Part shown: positions 21,120 to 30,640 of the stretch, in pieces
Position numbering within the stretch: position 1 is the stretch's first letter
Layout of the letters: each line of letters begins with the position of its first letter
Assembly: GCA_963763535.1 (NCBI GenBank)
Contig: CAVXOX010000007.1
Location: forward strand, 60,556-124,555
DNA from: an uncultured Acidobacteriota bacterium
GTDB lineage: Bacteria > Acidobacteriota > Thermoanaerobaculia > UBA5066 > Gp7-AA6
Direction of reading: 5' to 3'
DNA: 64,000 nt
Translations under genes and position numbers: made by a program
Notes under the pieces: generated by a model
The model's input: the letters and a program-made list of their open reading frames with translations, nothing else
Told to the model about the DNA's origin: nothing
Database searches by the model: none

Positions 21120-22487
21120 CTAAGGAGTGGCGCGGACCTCGACGAGGCGCATGCGGATGTCGGCGGCGCGCAGGGCCGCGCGCTCCTCGGGCGTGTAGCC
21201 CTCGTACTGGTACGGAAGGTACTGGAGCGGATGCGCGCGGACGAGGAGCACGCGCCCCGCCTCGGGCGGCGGCGGCGCGGGCACGGGGTAGATGGGCCCG
21301 GCATAGAGCAGGAGTCGCGGCGCGCCGGTCGGATTCGGCACGGCGGCCGCCATGCGGCGGAACTCGCGCGGGAAGACCTGCGCGAGCGGCGCGCGGAAGT
21401 TCCAGGCCGCCTGAATGGCCGCGAGCGCGAGGATCGCCGCGGCGACATGGCGGCGCGCGCCCGAAGCGGCGAGGAGCCGCTCGAGCGCGTCCGCGGCGAG
21501 CAGGCACGCGAACGGCACGAGCTGGCGCGCATGGCGTCCGTACACGACGAACTTTCCGAGCGCGACCGAGCCGAGGACGAGGCCGCCGTAGACGAGGAGG
21601 ATTCCCGCGAGGCCGAAGGCGAGCGCGCGCGAGGGCTCGCCGCGAACGAGCCGCGCGGCGGCGGCGATGACGCCGAATGCCCAGAGCGCGCCCATCAGAT
21701 GCTCGGCATGCCAGAAATAGGCGAAGGGCAGGCTCCAGCCTTCCGCGAATCGTCCCTGCGTCACGGTCCCGGAGAACCCGGCCCACTGGCGGAAGAACGC
21801 GCCGCTCCCGATCAGGCTCGCCAGTCCGAGGACGACCAGAGGCAGCGCGAAGGCGGCGCCCGCCGCCGTCAGGCGCCGCGCGAAGGCCCCGAGCGAGGTC
21901 GCCGCCATCGCGTGGATCGCGACCGCGGCGAGGGCGAGCAGCCAGTACCCGTTGTAGGTCAGGAACGTCGCCGCGGCGAGAAGGCCGCAGAGAATGCCGT
22001 CGGCCGCCGTCGGCGCCGGTTTTACGGCGACGAGGAGAGCGCCGAGGCCGAGCGCCATCGCGGCGTCGTAGGGCAGCAGATGCCGCGAGAAGTAGAAGTG
22101 GGAGGCCGACATGGCGAGGAGGAGCGCCGCGAGCAGAGAGGCGCGCTCGGAGAGACCGAGCCGGCGAGCGATCGCGTGCAGGAGCCAGACGCTGGCGACG
22201 GAGAAGAGAGCGAAGAAGAGCGCGGGCACTCGATCGTTCGGTCCGGTCGCGCGCTCGAGGACCGCCGGCGCGAGGCCGAGAACGCCGAAGAGGAGATGAT
22301 CGGGATGCGCGAGGGCCGTCACGGCCCCGGAGAAGTCGGCGCGGCGAAGCGCCCCCACGGCAACGCGCGAGCGCTCGTAGCGGATCTCGTCCGGCCAGTA
22401 CGACTGCCCGCCCGAGAGGACGAGCGTCACGCGGAGAAGCAGCGCGGCGCCGAGGAGGGCGAAGAGGAGCGTCCGGCGCGGCGGCAT
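21120..22487 (-). CDS. polytopic membrane glycosyltransferase (GT39/ArnT-like)
   Basis: 455 aa with many TM helices. The N-terminal loop YWPDEIRYE resembles the acidic DE motif of PMT/ArnT-type enzymes. Confidence 0.55.
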   Translation of the reverse strand: MPPRRTLLFALLGAALLLRVTLVLSGGQSYWPDEIRYERSRVAVGALRRADFSGAVTALAHPDHLLFGVLGLAPAVLERATGPNDRVPALFFALFSVASVWLLHAIARRLGLSERASLLAALLLAMSASHFYFSRHLLPYDAAMALGLGALLVAVKPAPTAADGILCGLLAAATFLTYNGYWLLALAAVAIHAMAATSLGAFARRLTAAGAAFALPLVVLGLASLIGSGAFFRQWAGFSGTVTQGRFAEGWSLPFAYFWHAEHLMGALWAFGVIAAAARLVRGEPSRALAFGLAGILLVYGGLVLGSVALGKFVVYGRHARQLVPFACLLAADALERLLAASGARRHVAAAILALAAIQAAWNFRAPLAQVFPREFRRMAAAVPNPTGAPRLLLYAGPIYPVPAPPPPEAGRVLLVRAHPLQYLPYQYEGYTPEERAALRAADIRMRLVEVRATP

Positions 22488-22537
22488 GCGTCCGGACGAG
22501 GATAGCGCCGCGCGCCTTTCTGTAGGATGCGCTCCGG

Positions 22538-23401
22538 ATGAGCGATGCCAGCCCCGGCGCCCGGCGTACCGTTCTCGTCACGGGCGCGACGAGCGGCATC
22601 GGCCGCGAGACGGCGCGGCAGCTCGCCCGCCTGGGCGCTCGCGTGGTTCTCGGGGTCCGCGACGCGGACCGCGGCGCCGATTTCGCCCGAGAGATCGTGG
22701 CGTCGGGCGGCGCGGCCGAAGTGCTGCCGATCGACCTCGCCTCGTTCGAGTCCGTCCGTCGCGCGGCCTCGCGATTCGCCGAGGCGCACGCCTCGCTCGA
22801 CGTGCTGGTGAACAACGCGGGTGTGGCGATGCGGCGCCGCGAGCTCACGGCGGACGGCCACGAGAGGACCTGGCAGACGAACTTTCTCGGCGGCTACCTG
22901 CTGACGCGCCTCCTGCTGCCGGCGCTGCGGCGCGGCACGCGGCCCCGCGTCGTCAACGTCTCGTCGGACGCCCACCCCACGGGCCGCCTCGACTGGAACG
23001 ACCTCGAGCTCGAGCACGGCTACGGCGGCTATCGCGCCTACGCGAACACGAAGCTCGCGCAGATCCTCTTCACGCGCGAGCTCGCGCGCCGCGAGCCGTG
23101 GCTCTCGGTCACCGCGCTCCACCCGGGCGCGATCGCGACGCGGATCTGGCGGGAGGTGCCGCTGATTCCGCTGCGGATGATGATCCTCGCCGTGCTTTGG
23201 ATCATCGGAGGCCGGATCCACAACGCCGCTCGCGGCGCGGATCCGGTCGTGCGCCTCGCCTGGGACCCCGCGCTCGACGGCGTGACCGGCCGCTATTTCA
23301 AGCGCTTCCGCGAGGCCGCGCCCTCGGCCGCCGCGCAGGACGATGCGGCGGCGGCGAAGCTGTGGGACGTCGCGGCGCGCCAGACGGGGCTCGCCGGGTG
23401 A
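22538..23401 (+). CDS. short-chain dehydrogenase/reductase (SDR)
   Basis: TGATSGIGRE cofactor motif, NNAG, and the catalytic YANTK (YxxxK). Confidence 0.85.
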   Translation: MSDASPGARRTVLVTGATSGIGRETARQLARLGARVVLGVRDADRGADFAREIVASGGAAEVLPIDLASFESVRRAASRFAEAHASLDVLVNNAGVAMRRRELTADGHERTWQTNFLGGYLLTRLLLPALRRGTRPRVVNVSSDAHPTGRLDWNDLELEHGYGGYRAYANTKLAQILFTRELARREPWLSVTALHPGAIATRIWREVPLIPLRMMILAVLWIIGGRIHNAARGADPVVRLAWDPALDGVTGRYFKRFREAAPSAAAQDDAAAAKLWDVAARQTGLAG

Positions 23402-23450
23402 CGGCCGTTCCGGCGAACGTGCGCGCGCACGGTGGGATAATCGGCATACC

Positions 23451-23525
23451 CGGGGCGTAGCGCAGCGGTAGCGTATCTGCTTTGGGAGCAGATGGTCGCC
23501 GGTTCGATCCCGGCCGCCCCGACCA
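23451..23525 (+). tRNA. tRNA-Pro (anticodon TGG) with encoded CCA
   Basis: Hand-folded: acceptor cggggcg/cgccccg; anticodon stem tctgc/gcaga with loop tttggga (anticodon TGG, G37); T-arm gccgg-ttcgatc-ccggc; then a-cca. Confidence 0.9.
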
Positions 23526-23681
23526 ATTCCCTCAGAGACTTAAACGAGACCTCGCCCGAGCGAGAGCAGCGACGAGTTCGAAAACGAGTTCGGATTGTAG
23601 AGACCTCACCGCCCTGACTTGTTGGAAGCCTCGCCACAGTTCGAATGCAGGAGTCTTCCTCTCCTTTCCTACGGCACTGAG

Positions 23682-24221
23682 CTACTCGGCCAGCGGACTC
23701 ACCAGTTCCGTAGTGGTTCCGGCGAGCTCGTTTCGGACGGCCGGTGAGATCTTGTCGGCGTTTTTCACCAGCGCGGTGACCTGCCAGATCTGCGTTTCAG
23801 TCAGGCGTCCTTTGAATGCTGGCATTCCCGTCATCCGGATACCGTTTTCGACTTTCCAGTAGGATTCCCACGGCTCGTCGTCCGTCACACCCTTACCGTG
23901 GAGAAGTTCCGGAGGTTTCGGAAACATTCCGTTGGCAATCGCGGTCGTGGCCGCCCCTGGTCCGCCATGGCAGACAGCACAGTGTTCTTTGTAGACCCTT
24001 GCTCCGGAAACAAGGTTTGGCTCGTCGGAGGGCACCTGCGGCTCAGGGTGCGGAAGCCTGGCCAGGTAGGCATGCAGCCCAATTTTCGCAAGCGTCTTTT
24101 CGAATGGCATGGGTTGCGCTGCTGCCGCGACCGGGGCGTGGCCAGACGAGAAGTAATAGTAGACGCTGCCCGTGACCAGCAGCACACCTAGCAAGATCCC
24201 GAGCGTCAGGCCCTTCAACAT
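23682..24221 (-). CDS. membrane-anchored monohaem cytochrome c
   Basis: An N-terminal TM helix (LTLGILLGVLLVTGSVYYYF), a single CAVCH haem motif, and a distal Met in NGIRMTGMPAF. Confidence 0.75.
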   Translation of the reverse strand: MLKGLTLGILLGVLLVTGSVYYYFSSGHAPVAAAAQPMPFEKTLAKIGLHAYLARLPHPEPQVPSDEPNLVSGARVYKEHCAVCHGGPGAATTAIANGMFPKPPELLHGKGVTDDEPWESYWKVENGIRMTGMPAFKGRLTETQIWQVTALVKNADKISPAVRNELAGTTTELVSPLAE

Positions 24222-24353
24222 CTCTCGCCCCTCCTAGACATGTTCGATTTCTAGAACAGCACCCCCGCGGGAGACGGCGCTCGATCCGCGCGGGGTTACT
24301 GCGGCCGCGCTGCCTCTTCCGTTCGTTACCTGGCAGCCTGCTCGTGGGGAAGG

Positions 24354-24941
24354 TCAGCCGCGTTCGCGGCCCGCGCCTGATCCGCCCTGCTGTCGGCCCG
24401 AACCTGAACCGCCGTGTTTGTCCGGTCTGGGCCGCTCTCTCTCCTGATAGCGAGCCAGCTTTCGCTGCTTCGAACTCTGGTAGTTGGGCCGCGTGCTCTG
24501 GCCACCTCGTCGCGCCCTCCCGCTCGATCCGATGGGCCTCGCCAGCTTCTTCGCAGCCCTGATCGCAGCGTGCACGCCCGACCTCTCCCGAATCGCCTTC
24601 ACCTTCGCCTTCGCTGCCTTCGGGAGCGTTCGGATGTGGCCGAGGTATCGCCCGTGCACCTTCAGGGCGGCACGACGAGCGGGTGACATCCTGCGCTTCG
24701 CCGTCCTCGTCACCTTCCGGGCAACCTTCCTCCCGGCTTTCTCGACGGCAGATACCGCACCCTGTTCGAGGGCCGCAAGCCGCCGGCGGAGTTCGTGAAT
24801 CAACTCCTCGCGGCGTTTCAGGGCCTCGGAGACGTGTTTCGCCGTGAGCTTGCCTTCGGCGATCAGGATGTGAAGGACGTGGGCAGCGCGGTCGGCGGTG
24901 ATGTTCAGGGTCTTAGTGGCCTTTCGGGTTCTTCGTTTCAA
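24354..24941 (-). CDS. hypothetical highly basic (Lys/Arg-rich) protein, possibly nucleic-acid binding
   Basis: The TTG start lies 8 nt after AAGGAG. The protein is 195 aa with a long KR-rich helical region and a Gly/Ser/Arg tail. I recognise no family. Confidence 0.4.
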   Translation of the reverse strand: MKRRTRKATKTLNITADRAAHVLHILIAEGKLTAKHVSEALKRREELIHELRRRLAALEQGAVSAVEKAGRKVARKVTRTAKRRMSPARRAALKVHGRYLGHIRTLPKAAKAKVKAIRERSGVHAAIRAAKKLARPIGSSGRARRGGQSTRPNYQSSKQRKLARYQERERPRPDKHGGSGSGRQQGGSGAGRERG

Positions 24942-25049
24942 GCCATTTCTCCTTTGAAGGGTCGGACTCTACAGCGGGCCGGTATTGGCCGCCGACATAC
25001 CTCTTGAAGGTCTCCGGGTGCGATTCTCATGCACGTATAGACTCAAAGG

Positions 25050-26141
25050 ATGCGGCTGCGTGCCTTCGCGCTTCTCGTCGCCGCCCTTCTGAGCACGGTC
25101 GCCACAGTCATGGCGCAGGCTTCAGAACTAGTTCCCAGTTCGCCTCCTAATGCCCTGGACTCAAAGATTATGGCGTTTGAGAGGATTCATGGGGAGCGAG
25201 TGTATCTGGAAGGTCGACCCATCGACGCGATGCTGCTTGCTGATGGAAGCATTGCTTACCTGCTGGAGTGGCCGCCTGCCGAGACGCTACACAATTCAGA
25301 AGGTCCTTGGGTCTTGATCGCCCATCCAGTGCGTGGAAGCGTGACATCGCCTCTTGATCCAATCACTGGCGAGCACATTGCGGTCGGCTTCGCTCCGGAC
25401 GGCACCTACCATGGCTTCGCATGGTTCATGGAGACCGTGCCGGATGTCGTCATTTCCGACGGCCGCAGCAGGTCGGCGTCGCTCTACGAGACGCATCCGC
25501 CTGATATCGAGGACTGGTATGCAGAGCGAGCGGAGACTTCACACGTCGTTCGAGGTGCGGCCGTCCAGAAGTGGTGGGCAGACTGGGAGGAGTGGTCCGA
25601 GAATCTGAGAGCCGGGGACCTTGTGCCGCACAGTGGCCTCGTTTCTGACTGCCGGGAAACAGATGAAGCGACGGTCGTAACCGTGAAGGGCGATGGGACT
25701 TTCCAGTTTCTCTACCGGGATCGTGACCGCATCACTTACGAAGGTGTGCAGGCTTCCAGTCCCTGTGATTTCGTGGGCCAGAGAGTGGTCGTCTGGACAC
25801 TCCCTTGTGGCGACGATGGCCCCTGCATCAGGAAGATCGAGGCGATCGACGGTCTGACCGAGACGCCGAGGGCGCCGAAGGTCGAGGCCGTGGCCGAGAG
25901 TCCTGTGCCGCACACCGGTCTCATTGACGCCTGTCGGGAGAAGGATGGAACCACAGTCGTGACCGTGAAGGGCAATGGGACGTTCCAGTTCCTCTATCGG
26001 AGTCGAGATCTTGTTCTCTACGAAGGCGTACAGGCGGGTAGTCCCTGTGACCTCATCGGAAGGAAGGTGATCGTGTGGACGGTCGCCTGTGACGAAGACA
26101 GCCCCTGCATTAGCAAGGTCGAAGCCATGACGCGTCAGTAG
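25050..26141 (+). CDS. secreted hypothetical protein with two tandem ~100-aa four-Cys modules
   Basis: The signal peptide is MRLRAFALLVAALLSTVATVMAQA. The first module is PHSGLVSDCRETDEATVVTVKGDGTFQFLYRDRDRITYEGVQASSPCDFVGQRVVVWTLPCGDDGPCIRKIEAIDG. The second is PHTGLIDACREKDGTTVVTVKGNGTFQFLYRSRDLVLYEGVQAGSPCDLIGRKVIVWTVACDEDSPCISKVEAM. GC is lower here (one 60-nt line counted at 52%). Confidence 0.6.
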   Translation: MRLRAFALLVAALLSTVATVMAQASELVPSSPPNALDSKIMAFERIHGERVYLEGRPIDAMLLADGSIAYLLEWPPAETLHNSEGPWVLIAHPVRGSVTSPLDPITGEHIAVGFAPDGTYHGFAWFMETVPDVVISDGRSRSASLYETHPPDIEDWYAERAETSHVVRGAAVQKWWADWEEWSENLRAGDLVPHSGLVSDCRETDEATVVTVKGDGTFQFLYRDRDRITYEGVQASSPCDFVGQRVVVWTLPCGDDGPCIRKIEAIDGLTETPRAPKVEAVAESPVPHTGLIDACREKDGTTVVTVKGNGTFQFLYRSRDLVLYEGVQAGSPCDLIGRKVIVWTVACDEDSPCISKVEAMTRQ

Positions 26142-26381
26142 TTCCACGATTCGTTCGAGCACTGGAGGCCGCGGAGACGGCCGCCCTCTCATCGGACTCG
26201 TGCGGTGGGGAGCGTCTCGGCGCGACGGTGGCGAGCACGAATCCCCAAACGCGTCTCCAGGCGTCGGCGATCCGCGCCACGATGCGCTCGGCGGGATTCG
26301 GTTGGACGTCGGGGGGCACGATTCGGAGGCATCGGACCGGAAATCACCGGGGCCCTCGCGAGCCCCGGTGTCGTCTTCAGG

Positions 26382-28187
26382 CTATGGAGTGAAAGTGGCC
26401 GTCCACTGTCCGGCCGTACCGTCCGGGCCGTTCACCGACGATTCACGAACCGAGACCAGGTCGCCCGCGGCGAAGGTCACGGTGTGCGTCGCGTCCGAGC
26501 AAGTCTGGCCCGTTCCCGAGACCGTGCACGTCACGGCCGTGTCGACGCCGTTCTTGCGCAGCGTGAGCGTCCAGCTCGATCCCGTGCTCGGGGCCGTTTC
26601 GAGGAAGACCGTGAAGTTCCCGACCGTTCCGGCGATCGGCATGATGTTCTGCACGCGACGCTCGGTGCTGCTCTGGTTGCCCGCGAACATTCCCATGTAG
26701 CGGCCGCTGACCAGGTTGGAGGTGCCGCTCGTGCCGCCGATGATCGGCGTGCCGCTGACGGGACCCGGAGGACCCTGCGGGCCGACGTTGCCCTGCGGTC
26801 CCTGGGGACCAATGTTCCCCGGCACGCCCTGCGGGCCGACGTTGCCCTGCGGTCCCTGCGTTCCCTGAGCGCCGGCATCACCGGTGTCGCCTTTGTCCCC
26901 CTTGTCGCCCTTCTGCGCGACGAGCGACCACTGCGCGGGGCTCGTGTCGGGCTGATTGCCCGAGTTGGCGTCGACGAGCGAGACGTAGCTCGAGCCGCCG
27001 AAGGAAACGGTCTGGAGCGCGGCGTAGGCCGTGCCGCCGTCCCACGCTCCGACGAAGCTCACCGACGCGCCCTGCGTTCCCGGCGCGCCGTCGGCGCCGG
27101 GGACTCCCTGCGGACCGATCGGTCCAATCGGACCCTGCGGTCCAAGATTGCCCTGCGGTCCCTGCGTGCCCTGGGCGCCGGTGTCGCCCGTGTCCCCCTT
27201 GTCGCCCTTGTCGCCTTTCTGCGCGACGAGCGCCCACTGTGCCGGGCTCGTGTCGGGCTGGTTGCCCGAGTTGGCGTCGACGAGCGAGACGTAGCTCGAG
27301 CCGCCCCAGGAGACGGTCTGCATTGCGGCATAGGCCGTGCCGCCGTCCCACGCTCCGACGAAGCTCATCGAAGCGCCCTGCGGACCCTGCGCGCCGTCGG
27401 CTCCCGTTGAGCCTTGCGGTCCGATCGGACCCTGCGGGCCGACGCCGCCCTGCGGACCCTGCGGTCCGATGGGACCCTGCGGCCCGGCGTTGCCCTGCGG
27501 CCCCGGGGGTCCCTCCACTCCGGTCGCCGCGACCGTGAGCATGTTGCCGGACGGCGTGATCGTCACGTTGTCTCCGGCCGTCAGCGTGACGTCGCCGGAG
27601 AGCCCGTTGACCGACGACACCATGCTGCCGCCGTAGTAGCCGTTGACGTCGATGATCAGGTCGGCCTGCGCCCCGGAGACGAACACGGTCAGACCGCCGG
27701 CCCCGAGCGCGATCGCCGCGTTGTTCGCGACGATCTGCCCGGCGACGTAGTTGAGCGTCGACGTGCCTCCCCAGGTCTCGCCCTGCGGGAACGCCGCGAG
27801 CCAGCCCGTGCCCTGCGTCCGTGCGACGGTGAAGTTGAACGACACGGCCGAGGCGTCCGCCGGAACGCCGCACTGTCCGACGACGGGAAAATCGCGCTGC
27901 GCCTGCGGCGAGAGCGCCGGCGGTCCGTAGGGCGCCGGGAAACCGCTCTCGGAGCGGGTGTCGACGAGACGGCACGGGGAGAGCGCCACGAAGGGAACCG
28001 GCGTCGCACTCACCGCGGCGACGCTCTCGGCCGCCTTCGTCGCGGCGCGCGGCCCGGATCCCGCGGCGAGCGGCTGCCAGTACGGCGCCGCGGACCAGTT
28101 GGACAGAGGCGCCTCCTCGCTCGTGGCGCCGAGCATGACCGTCGGCAGGCACAGGATGAGGGCCAGGGACACTCGACACTTGCTCAT
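26382..28187 (-). CDS. secreted collagen-like (Gly-X-Y) repeat protein with duplicated CBM5/12-like modules
   Basis: After a signal peptide comes an N-terminal domain containing [10 protein letters not shown]...DVNGYY. Gly-X-Y tracts follow ([22 protein letters not shown]...). Two copies of [58 protein letters not shown] are present, then a C-terminal beta-rich domain. Confidence 0.75.
   Translation of the reverse strand: MSKCRVSLALILCLPTVMLGATSEEAPLSNWSAAPYWQPLAAGSGPRAATKAAESVAAVSATPVPFVALSPCRLVDTRSESGFPAPYGPPALSPQAQRDFPVVGQCGVPADASAVSFNFTVARTQGTGWLAAFPQGETWGGTSTLNYVAGQIVANNAAIALGAGGLTVFVSGAQADLIIDVNGYYGGSMVSSVNGLSGDVTLTAGDNVTITPSGNMLTVAATGVEGPPGPQGNAGPQGPIGPQGPQGGVGPQGPIGPQGSTGADGAQGPQGASMSFVGAWDGGTAYAAMQTVSWGGSSYVSLVDANSGNQPDTSPAQWALVAQKGDKGDKGDTGDTGAQGTQGPQGNLGPQGPIGPIGPQGVPGADGAPGTQGASVSFVGAWDGGTAYAALQTVSFGGSSYVSLVDANSGNQPDTSPAQWSLVAQKGDKGDKGDTGDAGAQGTQGPQGNVGPQGVPGNIGPQGPQGNVGPQGPPGPVSGTPIIGGTSGTSNLVSGRYMGMFAGNQSSTERRVQNIMPIAGTVGNFTVFLETAPSTGSSWTLTLRKNGVDTAVTCTVSGTGQTCSDATHTVTFAAGDLVSVRESSVNGPDGTAGQWTATFTP
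26883..27480 (-). repeat. about 297-bp tandem duplication inside the collagen-like gene (two units, second with an extra 9 nt)
   Basis: The unit starting ggtgtcgcc at 26883 recurs at 27180. The units differ by scattered substitutions of all types. Confidence 0.7.
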
Positions 28188-28541
28188 GCGTTCTCCTCGG
28201 TTTCGGGAGGGCGGCGCTCATCCGCCGAACTCGGCGTGTGTCGGCGCGCACCTCCGACTGGAGCTTCGAAAGAGCAACGCCCGCGCCATCCGACGCGCGG
28301 CTGTCTTTTCAACGGGTTGTCGCTCGAAAGAGCGGGCCGATTGACGAAACTGGTCCGATCGAAACGGCTCCGATGCCACTTTTTTCCCGGAGAGGAGCGC
28401 GGCATGCGCCTCGACCCGGCGCGGCGGAGTGATGCGAATGCATCAACTCGAATCTGTCCGCATGGACAGGAAATGGGTGCGGCCGCATCACGGGGACAGG
28501 TCGCGGGAAAGGCTACGGTGGAAGCGTTCCAGGAGGCGGCA

Positions 28542-29780
28542 ATGAACAGACGAAAGGCATTCCTCTTGACGGCTGCCGCCGCGCTCGTGACCGCAACGCT
28601 CGTCGCCGCGGACAGCCGTCCGAAAACCACGGACCTCTCCAGGGTTCCCTTCGAGAGCGAGGGCTTCTGGGTGAAGACCATGCTCGAATTCGCCGAGAAG
28701 GGCGATCGGCCGGTCTATCAGGAGATCATCCCGTGCCGGCTCATCGACACTCGGCAGGCCTCGGCGTTCGAGACCCCGTACGGAGCCCCGGCGTTCCAGC
28801 CCGGCGAGTCGCGTTTCTATTCGCTCCGCAATCTGCCGGCCACGAACCCCTGCTTCGTCGCGAACCGGCGCGCCTCGAATCCCGCCTACGAGGACTTCTA
28901 CTCCTCGATGATGGCGATCGTTCTCCGCGTGACCTGGTTCAATCGCTCCGGAGACGGCGGCGGAACGCCCGACTCCGGAATCGTGCTGGCCGGCGAGACC
29001 GGCGACCTCGAGGCGCATGGCGCGATCGCGGCCTGGTTCGGCTGGGGCGGCACCGACTTCCCCGAGTCCGAGCAGGGCATCGTGCGGACCGGAGGCAGCG
29101 ACGGCAACACGTTCCGCCTCGCGCTGCTGCCGGGATCGGCCGAGAGCCCGGGCGCGGCGGCCGATCTGGTCGTCGACGTCCTCGGCTACTACATGCCCGA
29201 TCCGAGCGGCGCCGAAGCGATCGGCCCGGCGGGCCCCAGGGGAGAACGCGGAGAGATTGGTCCGCAAGGATTGCAGGGACCTCTCGGGCCGATCGGTCCG
29301 ACGGGGGCGCAGGGCGTTGCGGGCCCGATCGGTCCGCGCGGCCAGGCCGGTCCTCCGGGGCCGGAAGGCGAAACCGGGTCTCCGGGCGTCGCCGGTCCTC
29401 CGGGAGCCGTGGGGCCCGTCGGACCTCCGGGTCCCGTCGGCCCGATAGGTCCTCCGGGTCTCCAGGGAATCCCGGGTCTGACGGGACCGCAGGGACCTCC
29501 GGGCGAGCCGGGAACCTGCACCTGCCCGATCAGCGTGGGAACGCTCGCGTGCACGTCCGCACCCGATGAGCCCGGATCCCCGTTCTGGGCGAAGTGCACC
29601 GTCACGGTCACCGATCCGTCGATTCAGCCGAACAGCAACATCCAGTGCACCTACACGACCCGCATCTCCGACGATCAGATTCCCTGCCGGATCTTCGGCA
29701 TCGGGAGCGGGAGCTTCAAGGCGGAGATCCAGACGGGCGCCTCGGCGATGTGGCTCGCGTACACGCCGCCCGCCAACTGA
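28542..29780 (+). CDS. secreted collagen-like (Gly-X-Y) repeat protein, second paralogous architecture
   Basis: AGGAGG lies 6 nt before the ATG. The protein starts [23 protein letters not shown]. The N-terminal domain has [10 protein letters not shown]...VDVLGYY. About 100 aa of Gly-X-Y follow ([31 protein letters not shown]...), then a Cys-containing C-terminal domain. Confidence 0.75.
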   Translation: MNRRKAFLLTAAAALVTATLVAADSRPKTTDLSRVPFESEGFWVKTMLEFAEKGDRPVYQEIIPCRLIDTRQASAFETPYGAPAFQPGESRFYSLRNLPATNPCFVANRRASNPAYEDFYSSMMAIVLRVTWFNRSGDGGGTPDSGIVLAGETGDLEAHGAIAAWFGWGGTDFPESEQGIVRTGGSDGNTFRLALLPGSAESPGAAADLVVDVLGYYMPDPSGAEAIGPAGPRGERGEIGPQGLQGPLGPIGPTGAQGVAGPIGPRGQAGPPGPEGETGSPGVAGPPGAVGPVGPPGPVGPIGPPGLQGIPGLTGPQGPPGEPGTCTCPISVGTLACTSAPDEPGSPFWAKCTVTVTDPSIQPNSNIQCTYTTRISDDQIPCRIFGIGSGSFKAEIQTGASAMWLAYTPPAN

Positions 29781-29866
29781 TTCGCTCGCGCCGCGCGGAC
29801 TCCAGGCCGTCAATCCGCGCGGCGCCTTTCGTCCCGCGACGCGCCGTCGTCTTCCCCGCCGAAAAC

Positions 29867-30613
29867 ATGCGATCATCCGCCCGCCTTTTCGAGGAGCGCA
29901 TGCACCGCGAATATGTCGCCTGGGATTCGCCCACGCTCGGCCGGAAGATGGAGATGCTGTGGTTCGGCCACGCCGGCCGGCCCATGATCTGGTTCCCGAC
30001 TTCGGTCGGCCGCTTCTACCAGAACGAGGACTTCGGTCTCATCGGCGCGGTCGCCGACTCCATCGAGCGCGGTGCGATCCAGATCGCGTGCGTCGACAGC
30101 GTCGACGCGGAGAGCTTCTATGCGAAGGAGAAGTCCCCCGCCGAACGCATCCGACGGCACGATCAGTACGACCGCTACCTCTACAACGAGGTCGTCCCGT
30201 TCATGCACAGCAAGGGCAAGACGACCGCCCGCATCACGACGCTCGGCGCGTCGTTCGGCGCGTACCACGCCGGCAACTTCGGCCTCCGCCATCCCGACGT
30301 CGTCGACAAGGTCGTGGCCTTCTCCGGGAAGTACGACATCCACAACTTTCTCGACGGCTACTGGGACGAGCTCTGCTACTTCCACTGCCCGACGGCCAAC
30401 GTTCCGAACATGCGACCCGAGTGGGTCGACCGCCTGAACACGATGGACCTGTGCATCGTCACGGGACAGACGGACAACATCCTCTCGGGCACGACGGACA
30501 TGCTCCGGATCCTGAACGAGAAGGGGATCCGGAATCGCGGGGCCGTCTGGGAGGCGCCGTACGGCCACGACTGGCCGTGGTGGAAGGTCCAGATCCGGAG
30601 CTACGTGCCCTGA
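29867..30613 (+). CDS. alpha/beta-hydrolase, putative-esterase family
   Basis: MRSSARLFEERMHREYVAWDSPTLGRKMEMLWFGHAGRP..., with the nucleophile elbow GASFGAYHAG (GxSxG) and C-terminal HDWPWW. Confidence 0.65.
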   Translation: MRSSARLFEERMHREYVAWDSPTLGRKMEMLWFGHAGRPMIWFPTSVGRFYQNEDFGLIGAVADSIERGAIQIACVDSVDAESFYAKEKSPAERIRRHDQYDRYLYNEVVPFMHSKGKTTARITTLGASFGAYHAGNFGLRHPDVVDKVVAFSGKYDIHNFLDGYWDELCYFHCPTANVPNMRPEWVDRLNTMDLCIVTGQTDNILSGTTDMLRILNEKGIRNRGAVWEAPYGHDWPWWKVQIRSYVP

Positions 30614-30620
30614 ATCGAGC

Positions 30621-30640
30621 GGCCGGCGCTCACGCCGGCC
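30621..30640. terminator. GC hairpin between convergent genes (possible bidirectional terminator)
   Basis: The hairpin ggccggcg-ctca-cgccggcc is a perfect 8-bp stem. It overlaps the stop codon of the minus-strand gene. Confidence 0.35.

Noticed and set aside
26883-27480. Diversity-generating retroelement (template/variable repeat) hypothesis for the duplicated CBM-like units in the collagen-like gene
   Set aside because: The window contains no reverse transcriptase. The differences between the two units are substitutions of all kinds plus a 9-nt indel, not adenine-specific changes.
23526-30000. Prophage or integrative element at tRNA-Pro
   Set aside because: I recognised no integrase, terminase, capsid, portal or tail genes. 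The collagen-like proteins alone are insufficient. Only the compositional island is reported.
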